Source: Candidatus Omnitrophota bacterium (GTDB lineage: Bacteria > Omnitrophota > Gorgyraeia > Gygaellales > Profunditerraquicolaceae). From it: a stretch of 64,000 nt of DNA. Below the pieces are notes generated by a model, which ran no database searches, was not told the origin of the DNA, and saw only the letters and a program-made list of their open reading frames with translations. Shown here in pieces: positions 63,997 to 64,000 of the stretch (position 1 is the first letter of the stretch; every line of letters begins with the position of its first letter). The stretch lies in assembly GCA_029571225.1 (NCBI GenBank), contig JAKPTF010000035.1:12575-76574 (forward strand), in the 5' to 3' direction. The position numbers were made by a program, and so were the translations under genes.

Positions 63997-64000
63997 AGAA

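Noticed and set aside
76-63816. The many plus-strand ORFs in the track (for example 76-678, 1424-2215, 4045-4782, 5833-6657, 11492-12820, 28324-29373, 34498-35697, 47224-48816, 63181-63816)
   Set aside because: All lie wholly inside minus-strand genes whose translations contain recognisable enzyme motifs. The plus-strand products are Arg/Leu/His-rich antisense shadows typical of GC-rich coding DNA, and none has a convincing RBS or motif.
1-64000. Mobile elements, integrases, toxin-antitoxin or defence-system genes, tRNA/rRNA
   Set aside because: None detected by motif inspection. No non-coding stretch longer than 217 nt exists in the window.

Overview
The whole 64-kb window is coding on the minus strand and looks like one very long operon; no rRNA, tRNA, CRISPR array or transposase/integrase was recognised. 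Reading from high to low coordinates there are five genes. (1) A giant ORF at 17077-63996 (15,639 aa, standard code, no internal stop). Its N-terminus probably lies beyond the right edge of the window. (2) A TraB/GumN-like protein with a signal peptide. (3) A 1,7xx-aa signal-peptide protein fusing class-II-aldolase-like, PPi-dependent phosphofructokinase and GAPDH-like domains. (4) A 951-aa signal-peptide protein carrying a glucose-6-phosphate-isomerase domain. (5) A gene longer than 2,390 aa that runs off the left edge and carries a complete PEP-synthase/pyruvate-phosphate-dikinase family core. Genes 3-5 each end in the same roughly 230-aa C-terminal domain, which ends in '...EDTLNKI' in the two genes whose C-termini lie inside the window (gene 5 runs off the left edge before its end). 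The giant protein is a mosaic of unrelated enzyme-like, protease-like, ATPase and membrane modules: a degenerate TIM barrel, two transglutaminase+TPR units, a PI3/4-kinase-like loop, two M50 site-2-protease-like membrane domains, a midasin-like array of six AAA_5 modules followed by an acidic low-complexity linker and a VWA/MIDAS domain, seven or more copies of a recurring roughly 170-aa 'GxWTHVYLKT...LNxAxDP' module each preceded by TM helices, and CoaE-like, ROK-kinase-like, P-loop kinase, cation-diffusion-facilitator, SprT-like, HAD and GNAT modules. The modules are punctuated by a recurring [K/R/Q]-D-G-G junction motif; I read roughly three dozen copies. The same DGG junction follows the signal peptides and precedes the shared C-terminal domain in the upstream enzyme-fusion genes. 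The ORF track's plus-strand ORFs are antisense shadows. The track lists no long ORF for 1-7179 only because that gene has no stop codon inside the window. All functional calls rest on motif recognition by eye and need HMM and structure-prediction confirmation.
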